From: Chlamydiia bacterium
GTDB lineage: Bacteria; Chlamydiota; Chlamydiia; Chlamydiales; Parachlamydiaceae
Reading direction: 5' to 3'
DNA length: 21,054 nucleotides
Assembly: GCA_038257035.1 (NCBI GenBank)
Contig: JBBSJT010000030.1
Location: forward strand, 1 to 21,054
Shown: positions 9,087-17,600 of the stretch, piece after piece
Layout: the number at the start of each line of letters is the position of its first letter
How positions within the stretch are numbered: position 1 is the first letter of the stretch
Position numbers and translations under genes: made by a program
The notes under the pieces: model-generated
The model's input: only the letters and a program-made list of their open reading frames with translations
Database searches by the model: none
What the model was told of the DNA's origin: nothing

Positions 9087-9540
9087 TTTTTAACACAGAG
9101 ACCACTGAGGAGCAAGAGAGAGGGGCAAAAAGTTTCAATCACAATTTTTTCATTTTTTGCATCGTTGGGAGGGACTTTTTTACCGCGAAGGACGCGAAGA
9201 AGCGCAAGCTACGCTGCGGGAGAAACGCGAAGAAGCGCGCTTTCGCGCGAAGAAGAAGACTGTCCATACATAATAGATGTTAATGTTTGTATTAAATTTT
9301 TTTTGACAAAAAAATTTACAACTCATCCTCTTTGCAAGTGCAAAGAGGAATAATTAAATACTCGCCGATAGTTCAAAAATCTTGATTCTTTTTCCTTCTT
9401 CGCGCGAAAGCGCGCTTCTTCGCGTTTCTTCCCGCAGCGAAGCTTGCGCTTCTTCGCGGTCTTCGCGGTAAAAATTGGAAAAGAAACCGGGTATTTTTTA
9501 TTACCTCTTTGTTACTCTCTTGTTCCTCTCTGTGGTGAAA
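9087..9540. repeat. Degenerate outer inverted-repeat element (CACAGAG type)
   Basis: Left TTTTAACACAGAGACCACTGAGGAGCAAGAGAG (~9088-9120). Reverse complement of the right arm (~9515-9540) is TTTCACCACAGAGAGGAACAAGAGAG. Confidence 0.6.
9177..9474. repeat. GC-rich long inverted-repeat element (CGCGAAG units), MITE-like
   Basis: ~80-bp arms at 9177-9256 and 9395-9474 differ by 3 substitutions and 1 indel. Each arm has four CGCGAAG units. The AT-rich spacer has internal hairpins. Confidence 0.92.
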
Positions 9541-9543
9541 TAG

Positions 9544-10383
9544 CTAGAGGAGGTTCAGGGTGGGTGCCATGACGATGTTGTTAAAGCGGTAATAATCAAA
9601 GGTGACACAAATTCCCAATTTTGAAAAACCCACAATTACCTGTTTATTACCGAATACCATGCTATTGAGGCTCTCTTGACATCTTGTATAAAATTCGTAA
9701 AAGATTTTTTCTTGTGATAAAAAAAATTTAACTGAGATACAGATAATAGCCTCTAATGCAGTAGGGATGCTGTATCGATCAATGATTTCACGATTAAGCT
9801 CATTTACCATTTCACATTGTTGAGAAAAGGTTTTGCCACCACTTTCCGGAATTGGTTTATTTACCATCAATACCCAACTGCCTTGTTTAGTGAGCACCTT
9901 GCCATACTCATCAGGTATCTTTGGATAGAGAAATTGATAACCTTGATCAAGCTTATTGAATTTATGTTTTAAAAACTTACCATATTTTTCAATGCTTAAA
10001 TTTTCAGGAACCCAAAAAAGCAAATGGGTATCACATACTTTTTCACCAGCGAATATTTTGCAATTACTTTTATAAAGATCTACAATTGTATTAGGTAATT
10101 TTTCAAATGCAAAAGGGCCATCATTTGCCCCAAAAGAATCATTTCCAAAATGATCGCACCAGTCATCCGGATTAAATGCATTTTTGTAGATCACTCTTTT
10201 TAAGAAAAAAGGGTCTGTCGATATTTTATTACAATTTTTATCGATTAATGAAATTGTGCTTAAAATTTCAGTAAAGTCCAGATTAGTAAAAATTTCTTTA
10301 AGAATATCGTCGTAATGATTAACTTTAAATAATTGATCTAAAACTAAAATAGGCTCAACGATTGCATCATAGGATCTTATCAT
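9544..10383 (-). CDS. F-box-like domain protein (chlamydial effector-type family)
   Basis: N-terminal DDILKEIFTNLDFTEILSTISLIDKNCNKISTDPFFLK fits an F-box pattern. The downstream segments (AFNPDDW..HFG, THLLFWVPE, SWVLM, YTRCQE) resemble, from recollection only, F-box proteins expanded in environmental chlamydiae. Confidence 0.7.
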   Translation of the reverse strand: MIRSYDAIVEPILVLDQLFKVNHYDDILKEIFTNLDFTEILSTISLIDKNCNKISTDPFFLKRVIYKNAFNPDDWCDHFGNDSFGANDGPFAFEKLPNTIVDLYKSNCKIFAGEKVCDTHLLFWVPENLSIEKYGKFLKHKFNKLDQGYQFLYPKIPDEYGKVLTKQGSWVLMVNKPIPESGGKTFSQQCEMVNELNREIIDRYSIPTALEAIICISVKFFLSQEKIFYEFYTRCQESLNSMVFGNKQVIVGFSKLGICVTFDYYRFNNIVMAPTLNLL

Positions 10384-10386
10384 TAA

Positions 10387-11274
10387 TCAAACTCCAAATT
10401 CATTCTCTAGTTTTAGGATACGATTTTGTTGACTTTGCTTGCAAGGTATCAATTGTCCTAATGATTTAATATAATCAATTGCCGATTCAAGTTCATCTAT
10501 TCCAATCAAATGAATCACATTGCACTTTTGCGACTCTCGTTGAAAAATTTCTTTTATGGTTTCAATATTGATTTCATTCGCTATGACAATCGCCAAATCT
10601 TTGTTTGTAAAATAAAGTTTTTCCAAGACAATCGTTAAATTTTTATATTCTTTTTTTAATGCTGAAATATAATCTTGCTCTTTATTTGCCTTAATACTGG
10701 AGGCATCAGGATAACGTCCTGTAAACCATAATCCGGCCATAGCATTGAGAAATCCTATTAAGGCACTTGCACCCGTAATTAGCCCGATTTGAACCCCTTT
10801 AGTTGCAATATCATTCACAGCAGTTGTATTAGTCCCATTTTGAGCATGCACATTGGAATTGAAAATTGTGATGTAATTAAAATAATTAATGCCCCCTGTA
10901 GCGCCGGCAAGTATTCCAAAAGCAATTATGGCTTTATACCCTAACCAATCCTGGGTTTTTTCATTAGCGAGAGAGCTTTCTTCAAATAGCTGATAACCAC
11001 TTTTGGTAATTGGATATTGTTCGTTTTTTACCAATGTTAAAAATATGAGCCTTAAAAGATCTTCCTCAGGTGGCATCCATTTATCGATGTTGCGTATTTG
11101 CATGCGTTGAGTTTTACCAGGAAGAAAATTTTGATTGAGCAACTCTTCGATTTTATCTTTTAATTCAGGAAAAGCTTGGATTGCAAGCGGAATTGCTAAA
11201 CCTTGCTTTGCTTCCATTTGAATGACTTCTTCACTTGTTGGCAAAGAATGATTTGAACTTATATTGATATTCAT
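10387..11274 (-). CDS. Hypothetical membrane protein with two hydrophobic segments (Inc-like candidate)
   Basis: GGAGG Shine-Dalgarno before ATG 11274. Hydrophobic stretches AIIAFGILAGATGGINYF and IGLITGASALIGFLNAMAGLWF, followed by a charged helical region. Stop lies 3 nt before the F-box gene start. Confidence 0.7.
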   Translation of the reverse strand: MNINISSNHSLPTSEEVIQMEAKQGLAIPLAIQAFPELKDKIEELLNQNFLPGKTQRMQIRNIDKWMPPEEDLLRLIFLTLVKNEQYPITKSGYQLFEESSLANEKTQDWLGYKAIIAFGILAGATGGINYFNYITIFNSNVHAQNGTNTTAVNDIATKGVQIGLITGASALIGFLNAMAGLWFTGRYPDASSIKANKEQDYISALKKEYKNLTIVLEKLYFTNKDLAIVIANEINIETIKEIFQRESQKCNVIHLIGIDELESAIDYIKSLGQLIPCKQSQQNRILKLENEFGV

Positions 11275-11419
11275 AATTACAGCCTCCCTGCCGTCTTTCT
11301 CACTAGCTAAATAACCTAAAATTTTTTACTTTCAAGGGTCACCAATATTTACACATTACTTCAATCTAAAAATTCATCATTAATTATTCTCTAAGTCATC
11401 TATACCGTAAAGAATGATC

Positions 11420-11519
11420 TTTTTAACGCAAAGGCGCAAAGGTGCAAAGATTAAATATCCTTTCTCTAGTTCAAAAAGTTATTTTTACCCTTTGCGCCTT
11501 TGCGCCTTTGCGTTAAAAA
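11420..11519. repeat. Tandem-unit inverted-repeat element (CGCAAAGG x3)
   Basis: TTTTTAACGCAAAGGCGCAAAGGTGCAAAG (11420-11449) / CTTTGCGCCTTTGCGCCTTTGCGTTAAAAA (11490-11519), 1 mismatch, 40-bp spacer. Confidence 0.92.
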
Positions 11520-11581
11520 AATGTAAAAATAACGGTTATATTTTCACTTTTCCGTTAGTAGCAGTATACTAGAGCAGTTTT

Positions 11582-12139
11582 TTAAATGGATTTCTTTTTT
11601 AAAAGGCCAAGAGTAAATACGCACTTAAGAAATTCGCCCGGTACAAAAGGAATAAAGCCAGCCATTAGAGCATGATTTAAGCCGATAAAACTGCTTAACC
11701 ATAACATACCTAAGAACAATTGTAATCCAGAAATCATCACAAGGGATATTAACATTGTCCCATAGGAAATAGCTTTTGAGGAAGCTTTTTCAAAAAGAAG
11801 GCCGCTTAGATAACACTGAATAATAAAACCAAAAAGATAGCCCCCTCGCACACCCACAATGGCAAGCGGCGATGATGCTGCATTTGCAAGTACCGGCAGA
11901 CCGATCATTGTTTCTATAAGGTAGGCTACAACAGCCAATGTACCTTTAACACTACCAAGAGTAAGGGCTAAAACCATTACAGCAAACGTTTGCATTGTTA
12001 AAGGAACAGGAGTTAAAGGAATTGTAATTTGGGATGCTAAACTTAAAAAAAGTGCTCCTCCTAAAATTTGAGTCAAATCTTTTGCAAGCTTAAATGTTTG
12101 GCTTGAAATTTGATTTTGAACGAGTGGATAACTTTGCAT
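11582..12139 (-). CDS. bioY: Biotin transporter BioY
   Basis: SQITIPLTPVPLTMQTFAV, GLPVLA, GGYLFGF and GFIPFVPGEFLK motifs. Start ATG 12139 follows GAGG. Confidence 0.93.
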   Translation of the reverse strand: MQSYPLVQNQISSQTFKLAKDLTQILGGALFLSLASQITIPLTPVPLTMQTFAVMVLALTLGSVKGTLAVVAYLIETMIGLPVLANAASSPLAIVGVRGGYLFGFIIQCYLSGLLFEKASSKAISYGTMLISLVMISGLQLFLGMLWLSSFIGLNHALMAGFIPFVPGEFLKCVFTLGLLKKKSI

Positions 12140-12164
12140 AAATACCTCTTTAAAAAGATGATGA

Positions 12165-12590
12165 TTACTTAATTTCAGATAGAATGTCAATAATTTGTTT
12201 ACATAGCAACTTGCCTTGTGAAAAGGTTACTAAATCGCAAGCCTCTTCAAGACTTACCCATTTAGCTTCTAGAATCTCGTCCTCTTGCACTTTCAAAACA
12301 CCTGTCACAAGAGCTATAAAATAAAAAACGGTTTTATCGATGGGTGTTCCATGATTAAAAAAACTATAGCGCTCAACAATTGGTTCATCAACAAGCAGTT
12401 TTGTTACAACAAGACCAGTCTCCTCTTGCAATTCCCTTTTTGCAGCTTGCAATGGGGTTTCATTAACTTCCTTATGCCCTTTTGGAAATGACCAATATTT
12501 TGCGTTCTGATGAACAAGTAAAATAGACCATTGCAGGTCTATTTTTTTTAATGGAATCACCCCATAAGAGAAATCTTGAAAGCTATTCAT
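12165..12590 (-). CDS. Nudix hydrolase (Ap4A hydrolase-like)
   Basis: Nudix box FPKGHKEVNETPLQAAKRELQEETG, with SYGVIP near the N-terminus. Confidence 0.92.
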   Translation of the reverse strand: MNSFQDFSYGVIPLKKIDLQWSILLVHQNAKYWSFPKGHKEVNETPLQAAKRELQEETGLVVTKLLVDEPIVERYSFFNHGTPIDKTVFYFIALVTGVLKVQEDEILEAKWVSLEEACDLVTFSQGKLLCKQIIDILSEIK

Positions 12591-12595
12591 AAATC

Positions 12596-13828
12596 CTAAT
12601 TTTTAAAAGGAGCAAAAACAACCGTGGCATTGTGCCCGCCAAAACCAAATGAATTTGAAATGGCTACTTTGACATCAAGTTTTTCTTTTGTTGTAGGAAT
12701 ATGAAATCCAAGATCAGGTTCCGGATTTTCAAGATTTATTGTTGGATGAACTTCACCTTTAGCAATCGTCAACACTGTAACAACAGCTTCAAATCCACCT
12801 GCTGCACCAAGAGCATGGCCTAACATGGATTTTGATGAATTCATTGTGATTTTGGATGGGTCTTTAAAAACTTTTTTCATGGAACTAACTTCGATAAGAT
12901 CACCAACAGGTGTTGATGTTCCATGAGCATTCACATAATTGACATCTTCGGCAAGAACCCCGGCATCTTTTAAAGCGTTTTGAATACAAATGCTTTGTCC
13001 ATCAACACCGGGCTCTGTAATATGATGCGCATCACAAGAAATACCACCACCCAAGTATTCGGCAAGAATTGTGGCTCCACGAGCTGTTGCATGCTCAAGG
13101 GTTTCGAGCAACAATACACCGGCACCCTCGCCCATTAAAAAGCCATCGCGATCTTTGTCCCAAGGTCTTGAAGCACGTTTAGGCTCATAATTTCGCTGAG
13201 AGAGCGCTTTACAGGCAGAAAATCCGGCAACTCCCATTGGAATGATTGGGCTTTCAGTACCCCCGCAAAGCATTAAGTCCGCATCACCATTCCTTAAGTG
13301 ATTAGCAGCTGCAATAATAGAATTATTACCTGTTGCACAGGCTGTTGAAATAGAATAATTTGGGCCTTGAAATTTGATATCCATGGCAAGCATGGCACCC
13401 GGCATATTTGTCAAAATGTAGGGAACAAAAAACGGAGAAACACGTTTAACGCCTTTTTCAAGCAATGTTTCCACGCCCTCGCAAAACATGTTCATTCCGC
13501 CCATGCCAGAGCCAATGATTACTCCACAACGTGAAGGATCGAGATTTTCAAGTTTTACTTGACCTGATTCCAAAGCTTTTTTCCCTGCCACAACAGCATA
13601 GGAAATGGCTTTATCTACACGGCGACCATTTTTTTTGTCCATATATTCGCCCGGATCAAAATCATGAATAGGTGCTGCAATGCGCGTTGGGAAATCTTCA
13701 GTGTTAAAATGTGTGATTGTGCAAGCACCGCTTGTACCATCAAGTAATTTTTCAAAAAATTGGTCAGCTTCATTTCCAAAACAAGAAACTACGCCAACAC
13801 CTGTGACTACAATCCGCTTTTTTGCCAT
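12596..13828 (-). CDS. fabF: 3-oxoacyl-ACP synthase II
   Basis: RIVVTGVG, STACATG (catalytic Cys), NAHGTST, KSMLGHALGAAG and SNSFGFGGHNA motifs. Confidence 0.97.
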   Translation of the reverse strand: MAKKRIVVTGVGVVSCFGNEADQFFEKLLDGTSGACTITHFNTEDFPTRIAAPIHDFDPGEYMDKKNGRRVDKAISYAVVAGKKALESGQVKLENLDPSRCGVIIGSGMGGMNMFCEGVETLLEKGVKRVSPFFVPYILTNMPGAMLAMDIKFQGPNYSISTACATGNNSIIAAANHLRNGDADLMLCGGTESPIIPMGVAGFSACKALSQRNYEPKRASRPWDKDRDGFLMGEGAGVLLLETLEHATARGATILAEYLGGGISCDAHHITEPGVDGQSICIQNALKDAGVLAEDVNYVNAHGTSTPVGDLIEVSSMKKVFKDPSKITMNSSKSMLGHALGAAGGFEAVVTVLTIAKGEVHPTINLENPEPDLGFHIPTTKEKLDVKVAISNSFGFGGHNATVVFAPFKN

Positions 13829-13836
13829 ACCTTTTC

Positions 13837-14190
13837 CTATTTTTGTTCAGTCAAAATATCCAAATCTACAATTTTTGCTTCTTTCCAAAGAAATTCAATC
13901 CCATATTTTTCACGAAGGTCAGGGGTCAACAGATGAACGATTACATCACCGGCATCGATGACAAGCCAATCTCCGACTTTGTCACCTTCAGTATGCCAAG
14001 GGGGATTATTCATTTCGCGTAATGTTTGAGAGACTGCAGACCCAATCGCCTTAACATGTCTATCAATATTGCCTTCAGCCACAATCATGTAATCTGTTAA
14101 GGAAGATAATCCTCTTACATCAAGGGCGATAATATTAAAACCTTTTTTATCAAAAATAGTTTGCGCAATTGCATTTAGGATTTTTTTCAC
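13837..14190 (-). CDS. rsfS: Ribosome silencing factor RsfS (Iojap/YbeB)
   Basis: DKKGFNIIALDV, DYMIVAEG..RHVKAI and WLVIDAGDVIVHLL...REKYGIEFLW motifs; adjacent to nadD as is common. Confidence 0.93.
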   Translation of the reverse strand: MKKILNAIAQTIFDKKGFNIIALDVRGLSSLTDYMIVAEGNIDRHVKAIGSAVSQTLREMNNPPWHTEGDKVGDWLVIDAGDVIVHLLTPDLREKYGIEFLWKEAKIVDLDILTEQK

Positions 14191-14247
14191 AATATTCTTC
14201 TTATTTAACTTTAGTTAACTTAAGCTCTTTCTAATTTTTTAGAAATC

Positions 14248-14853
14248 TTAAGGGGATAATGAATTAGAGTATAACTGATTCTCATATATGTAGTCTACTA
14301 CTTTTGATGGAACAAGGTGTCGGATATACTCACCTTGGCGAATGCGCTGCCTGATTTTGGTACTGCTGATATCCAAAATAGATGTTTTGGTAAGATTTTT
14401 TTTAAAGAAATTCAAGTTATTAGTAAAGTTTTTCTCCCCTTGATCATTTTCTCTATAGCCGATAAGTGGGGTTGCAAGGTTTAAAATCTCATCGGGATTT
14501 TTCCACTTTGGAAAATCAAGTGCAGAGTCCATTCCTAAAATTAAAAATAGCTGATCATCTTTAAATTTTAATTTTAACTCTTTTAATGTATCTACCGTAT
14601 AGGATATACCGCCCCTTTTTAATTCAAGATCAATGCATTTGAAATGAGGAATGTCTTCGATTGCAAGCTCTACCATTTTTAATCTTTGTGCAGAAGTTAC
14701 CGGGTTAAAATCACGTTCTTTATGGGGATTTACATTTGCAGGGCAAAAAAGAACGCTATCGAGACCATGAATTTCGGCCATCTCAAGCGCTAAATTAATA
14801 TGCCCAAAGTGAATCGGGTCAAATGACCCGCCGTAATAACCTATCTTCTTCAT
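14248..14853 (-). CDS. nadD: Nicotinate-nucleotide adenylyltransferase
   Basis: GGSFDPIHFGH, SYTVDTL, ILGMDS...W and ISSTKIR motifs. Confidence 0.95.
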   Translation of the reverse strand: MKKIGYYGGSFDPIHFGHINLALEMAEIHGLDSVLFCPANVNPHKERDFNPVTSAQRLKMVELAIEDIPHFKCIDLELKRGGISYTVDTLKELKLKFKDDQLFLILGMDSALDFPKWKNPDEILNLATPLIGYRENDQGEKNFTNNLNFFKKNLTKTSILDISSTKIRQRIRQGEYIRHLVPSKVVDYIYENQLYSNSLSP

Positions 14854-14912
14854 ATTTTAACGATTCCTTTGCTTTAAGGTTAGGGAAATAGCTCGTAATT
14901 GAAGGGATTTTT

Positions 14913-15073
14913 AAAGGACTAAAAGGACAAAAAGGACTTAAAGGACTAAAAGGACATCTATACCCTTTTTGATATAATTCTAAGCAAAACGTTTGCAATA
15001 AAACAACTATTAGATAGAATACAAAAGTTTATAAATTTGTCCTTTTTGTCCTTTTTGTCCTTTATGTCCCTTT
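14913..15073. repeat. Tandem-unit inverted-repeat element (9-bp AAAGGACWW units)
   Basis: Five AAAGGAC units at 9-bp period (14913-14956) face four TGTCCYTT units (15038-15073) across an ~80-bp AT-rich spacer. Confidence 0.88.
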
Positions 15074-15077
15074 TTTC

Positions 15078-15725
15078 CTAAAGGATTTCCCAGTTATTGG
15101 CTTTAGCGTGGCGTCTTAATTGTCGATCCGGGTTGACGGCAACCGCTTGGCCTGCAGCCTTTAAAAATGGTAAATCCAAAATACTATCTGAGTATGCTGT
15201 CGTACTTATCTTTACTAGATTAAATTGTTGAAGAAAAGCATTTAAATAGTTTGCTTTATCAGTCCCTTCAACAAAGCTTGAAATTTTTGAAAATTGCCCC
15301 TTTTCATCAACGTCATAAACGGTTGCTTTCCAAATTTTAACGCCAAGAGTTGAAGCAATAGGACCGACAAGAAAGTCCGGTGAATTTGATAAAATAGCAG
15401 TAAATTGACCCTTCGATTTGGCACCCTCAAGACGATCAATTGCAGGGGGGTAACTATATTTTTTTAAAAATTCAGGGATGAAGGATTCGATCAATAGATT
15501 TAAATGATTTGCATTTTTTTTAAAAAAGATGAGTTTAAAAACTAGCGTGTGAAGTTGCTGTAAATTAATAATGCGAAGTTTTTGCAAAAAATAAACGCCG
15601 ACAAGCTTTAACATTGTCGGCGTTTTAAAGTAGCCATGGCGATAAAGATACGCACCAAAATGATAACTGCAGTTAGCAGATAGAAGGGTATGGTCTAAAT
15701 CAAAAAGCGTGATTTTTTCAATCAT
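15078..15725 (-). CDS. HAD-superfamily subfamily IB hydrolase
   Basis: FDLDHTL (motif I), ILSNSP (II), K in GTDKA (III), AYSDSILDLPFL...AVAVNPD (IV). Confidence 0.92.
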   Translation of the reverse strand: MIEKITLFDLDHTLLSANCSYHFGAYLYRHGYFKTPTMLKLVGVYFLQKLRIINLQQLHTLVFKLIFFKKNANHLNLLIESFIPEFLKKYSYPPAIDRLEGAKSKGQFTAILSNSPDFLVGPIASTLGVKIWKATVYDVDEKGQFSKISSFVEGTDKANYLNAFLQQFNLVKISTTAYSDSILDLPFLKAAGQAVAVNPDRQLRRHAKANNWEIL

Positions 15726-17497
15726 TTAGCTTTTTTTTTCAGATCATTTATCAATTGCTCAATTTCCTTAACTGCTAGGTCAATTTTGTTAAGACGTTCT
15801 TTTTCTTCATTGATCAATTCATTCGTTTTCATTGCTTGCTCAAAATCAAAACCGGAAGATCCATTTGACTTGCGAAGCGCATCCAGTTGGTTTTTGCTTT
15901 CTTGACGTCGAGCTTTTCTTTGATTTAAAACATCTGTCAATTGGATGAATGCTTGTTTATCATCATCCGATAGTGACATTAAAGCATTTTCGCGTTTGTC
16001 TTGAATAATATCTTTAAGCGATTTCAGACGTTTTTCAAGATCATTTTTTTCCATTTTATTTAATTTGGAATCATTGATTTTTCCAATAATTAAATCTCTT
16101 GTCGATGCGATTTGTTCAACGTCTAACGTTTTGCACTGCTCAAACAAGTTTTCAATCTCAGTTTTCAAATCTTCAACAAGTTTTTTCTTCTGATTTTCGC
16201 GCTCAATTTCTTGTGCATTTCTTTCATCTTCAGCAAGCTTAATTTTTTCAAACACTGGTTTTCTAGCTTCGATCATCTCTTCACGTAAAAACTTCACTTC
16301 ATCACGACCAAGTTCAACATTTCTCATGAAGTGAGCAATTTCATCCAATGCAATATTTGCATCATTAATTGACATTTCACCAGTTTCAAATGTTTCTTTA
16401 AAGCCTTTAATTTTCTCCAAGATAGCTTCTACATTTTGCTTAAAGAATACTTTTTGTTGTGCTCTTTCTTTTTTGCGCTCTTTTTCTACACCTTTTAGTT
16501 TGTCCCAGCAATCGCTAAGGCAAGTACGAGTATGCATAAAAGAATGTGTATTTAAAGTTAATAACTTTGCAAGACCTTGTAGGGCTTTAATCTCTTCTCT
16601 TAAGAAAAATAGAGCTTCTTCCGTTCTTGTATTCACAAAATATTCTACAATGAATTGATCGATATCGGCAGAAAATTCTTGGCTAACATTTTTGATAAGT
16701 TCTTTTCGACGAGGAAATACTTGATCACCGATAGCAGAAAGTCTTTGAAAGAATTTGTTTTTTGTTTTGATGCGCATTTCAGTGCGAATCAGTTCTTTTC
16801 TTAAAGCATTGATGCGTGAGGCTTGCGTGTTTAAAATATTGAGTTCACGTTGAAGCTGATCATAAAATGAGTATTTGTTTTCGAAAAAATTAGCTTTTAG
16901 GCCAAAATCGATTGGTTTGGATTTTTCGATGTTGATAGCAGCTTCTGTCAAGTCTGTTTCTAAAGCATGGATAGCAATTTCAATTTGTTCTGCTGCAAAT
17001 GAGCTTTGCTCATCAAGAATTTCTTTTAATCTGCGTGCTTCTTTAGAAAGATCGGTATATTTTGCCCACATTTCAGAACGCATTGCTTGTGGGATATTTT
17101 CTTTAAAAAGTTGTAAACAGATTGTTCTTGCATCCCAAAACGATTTAAAGTGTGGATTTCCTGCTTGTGCCAAGGAAATTTCCATAAAATCAATCGTCAT
17201 TTGAAGTTTTGCTTCAACGTTTGTAGCTTTTTCATATTCGGTCAAATAATGATCGTACTGGGAGTGATTTTTCTTTTCTCTAGTAGGTGCAGAAACTTCT
17301 GCCGTATTTGGGCTTTCGTTTTCTAGATTTTCCACGCTTTCATTTTTTTCATCATTTTCAATCTCGTTCATTTCGATAAGAATGTCAGAATCATCCTCAT
17401 CTAAAGACACGTCCAATGTATCAATAAAAACCGGATTGTCGTTTTCAGCAATTTCATCAGTTTCAAGGACTTCTAACTCGTTTTCATTTAAATTCAT
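15722..17497 (-). CDS. Conserved chlamydial coiled-coil protein (CT768-like by gene order)
   Basis: 591-aa E/K-rich helical protein with acidic N-terminus, lying between miaA and rsfS-fabF as in Chlamydiae. Orthology is inferred from synteny only. Confidence 0.7.
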   Translation of the reverse strand: MNLNENELEVLETDEIAENDNPVFIDTLDVSLDEDDSDILIEMNEIENDEKNESVENLENESPNTAEVSAPTREKKNHSQYDHYLTEYEKATNVEAKLQMTIDFMEISLAQAGNPHFKSFWDARTICLQLFKENIPQAMRSEMWAKYTDLSKEARRLKEILDEQSSFAAEQIEIAIHALETDLTEAAINIEKSKPIDFGLKANFFENKYSFYDQLQRELNILNTQASRINALRKELIRTEMRIKTKNKFFQRLSAIGDQVFPRRKELIKNVSQEFSADIDQFIVEYFVNTRTEEALFFLREEIKALQGLAKLLTLNTHSFMHTRTCLSDCWDKLKGVEKERKKERAQQKVFFKQNVEAILEKIKGFKETFETGEMSINDANIALDEIAHFMRNVELGRDEVKFLREEMIEARKPVFEKIKLAEDERNAQEIERENQKKKLVEDLKTEIENLFEQCKTLDVEQIASTRDLIIGKINDSKLNKMEKNDLEKRLKSLKDIIQDKRENALMSLSDDDKQAFIQLTDVLNQRKARRQESKNQLDALRKSNGSSGFDFEQAMKTNELINEEKERLNKIDLAVKEIEQLINDLKKKAK

Positions 17498-17600
17498 GTG
17501 TAACCTGGCTTTATGTGTACATTGTAAAAGATAGTAAAATCTTAATGTTTTTAGAAGTGGAAGTATATTATAAGTGGATTTTTATTGGAAGAGAAAAATG

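Noticed and set aside
9038..9353. ORFs 9038-9283 and 9063-9353
   Set aside because: They read through the GC-rich repeat arm, which lacks stops; Arg/Ala-rich translation, no Shine-Dalgarno, overlap with the ade end.
14913..15073. Possible CRISPR array or replication iterons
   Set aside because: Units are 9 bp and contiguous with no unique spacers; no cas or rep gene is nearby.
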